From: Lama glama
Taxonomy: Eukaryota
DNA length: 64,000 nucleotides
Direction of reading: 5' to 3'
Assembly: GCA_028534125.1 (NCBI GenBank)
Contig: CM052818.1
Location: forward strand, 5,272,001-5,336,000
Shown here piece by piece: positions 63,126-64,000 of the stretch (its first letter is position 1; every line of letters begins with the position of its first letter). The translations under genes were made by a program, and so were the position numbers. The notes beneath the pieces were generated by a model that did no database searches, was not told where the DNA came from, and worked only from the letters and a program-made list of their open reading frames with translations.

Positions 63126-64000
63126 TATCCCTGTAATTAGAAAATTATAAACACAATTTAAAGTGCAGCTCATGAAAACGGTCTTTTAAAATGAATAAAT
63201 TTTGTAGGTGCTAAGTTCTGAAATACCTCCAAGAAAGTTGTATATATATATATATTTTTTTTAATGTACAGCTTACTTTAAAAAGAGAGAGTCAGGAGTG
63301 AATTTATATAGAAATAGAATACAATGGATCTATGAGGGGAGCAAAATAATTGTAGAAATAAATATGCACTCCCTTTGTTTTTACAGCCCTGGAGGTTTGA
63401 CACAAATTTGTGTCCAATGTATAGAAAAATGTCCGTGAACAAACTCCCCTTCCAGCTTCATTTTCATTGTCCTGCTGTAATTCCCTCCACAGAACTCTGT
63501 ACGTTGGGCTTGTATACTCCGTGGTTTCATGTGATATGTCAAATCTGCTTTGGCAGCAGCAGGTGAGGAGATTAATTCATTTTATTCTGCACATGCGTGT
63601 GAGTGATTGAGCTTGATCGTATCACTTGCTTCCTTCACTTTCAGAAGTCTGCCCAATGGCTAGGAATGATGAGTGCACAGCACTGTGAATGTTTTTAAGG
63701 CCACTGCATTGTATACTTAGAGACGATTAAACTGGTCAGTTTCATATTGTGTATATTTTACTGCAATAAAAAAAAAAGTCTATCAACCTCTTGGCTTAAT
63801 GAAAAAACCCACCTAGACCCCAGAAGTCAGGATTAATCGGTCCTTCCTACGAACCCGGGCACATGCTCTTCTTTCTATTAGAAAGCTTACTTCACTCTCC
63901 CGTATTGAAGTTCTGTTCGTCTAGGTTTCAACCTCCTCTTAGGTTTCTTTGAGGGTGGGCACCAATCTGTCATCTCTGTGTCTCCCTCACATTGCTGAGC

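Overview
This is mammalian non-coding genomic DNA, very likely from a camelid (alpaca/llama/camel), because it holds three copies of a tRNA-Ala-derived SINE matching the camelid Vic-1 family. I found no supportable protein-coding exon, RNA gene or CRISPR array. The listed ORFs are short and many derive from repeats. Much of the window is transposon fossils: ancient L1M, L2 and MIR, MaLR/ERVL LTRs, hAT DNA transposons (one with a readable transposase C-terminus), a younger ERV1-type solo LTR, short L1 3' ends and SINEs with target-site duplications (TSDs). Between them lie repeat-poor unique blocks (about 10.5-13.8, 25.1-27.3 and 44.8-55 kb) with CpG patches and clustered developmental transcription-factor motifs. 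These suggest an enhancer landscape in an intron or gene desert, but I cannot name the locus. The most unusual directly visible structure is a SINE + L1-3'UTR composite inside one perfect 18-19 bp TSD (39922-40227). A 100-N gap lies at 34050-34149. Repeat subfamily names come from remembered consensus sequences and boundaries are approximate. I do not see convincing evidence of a new biological system.
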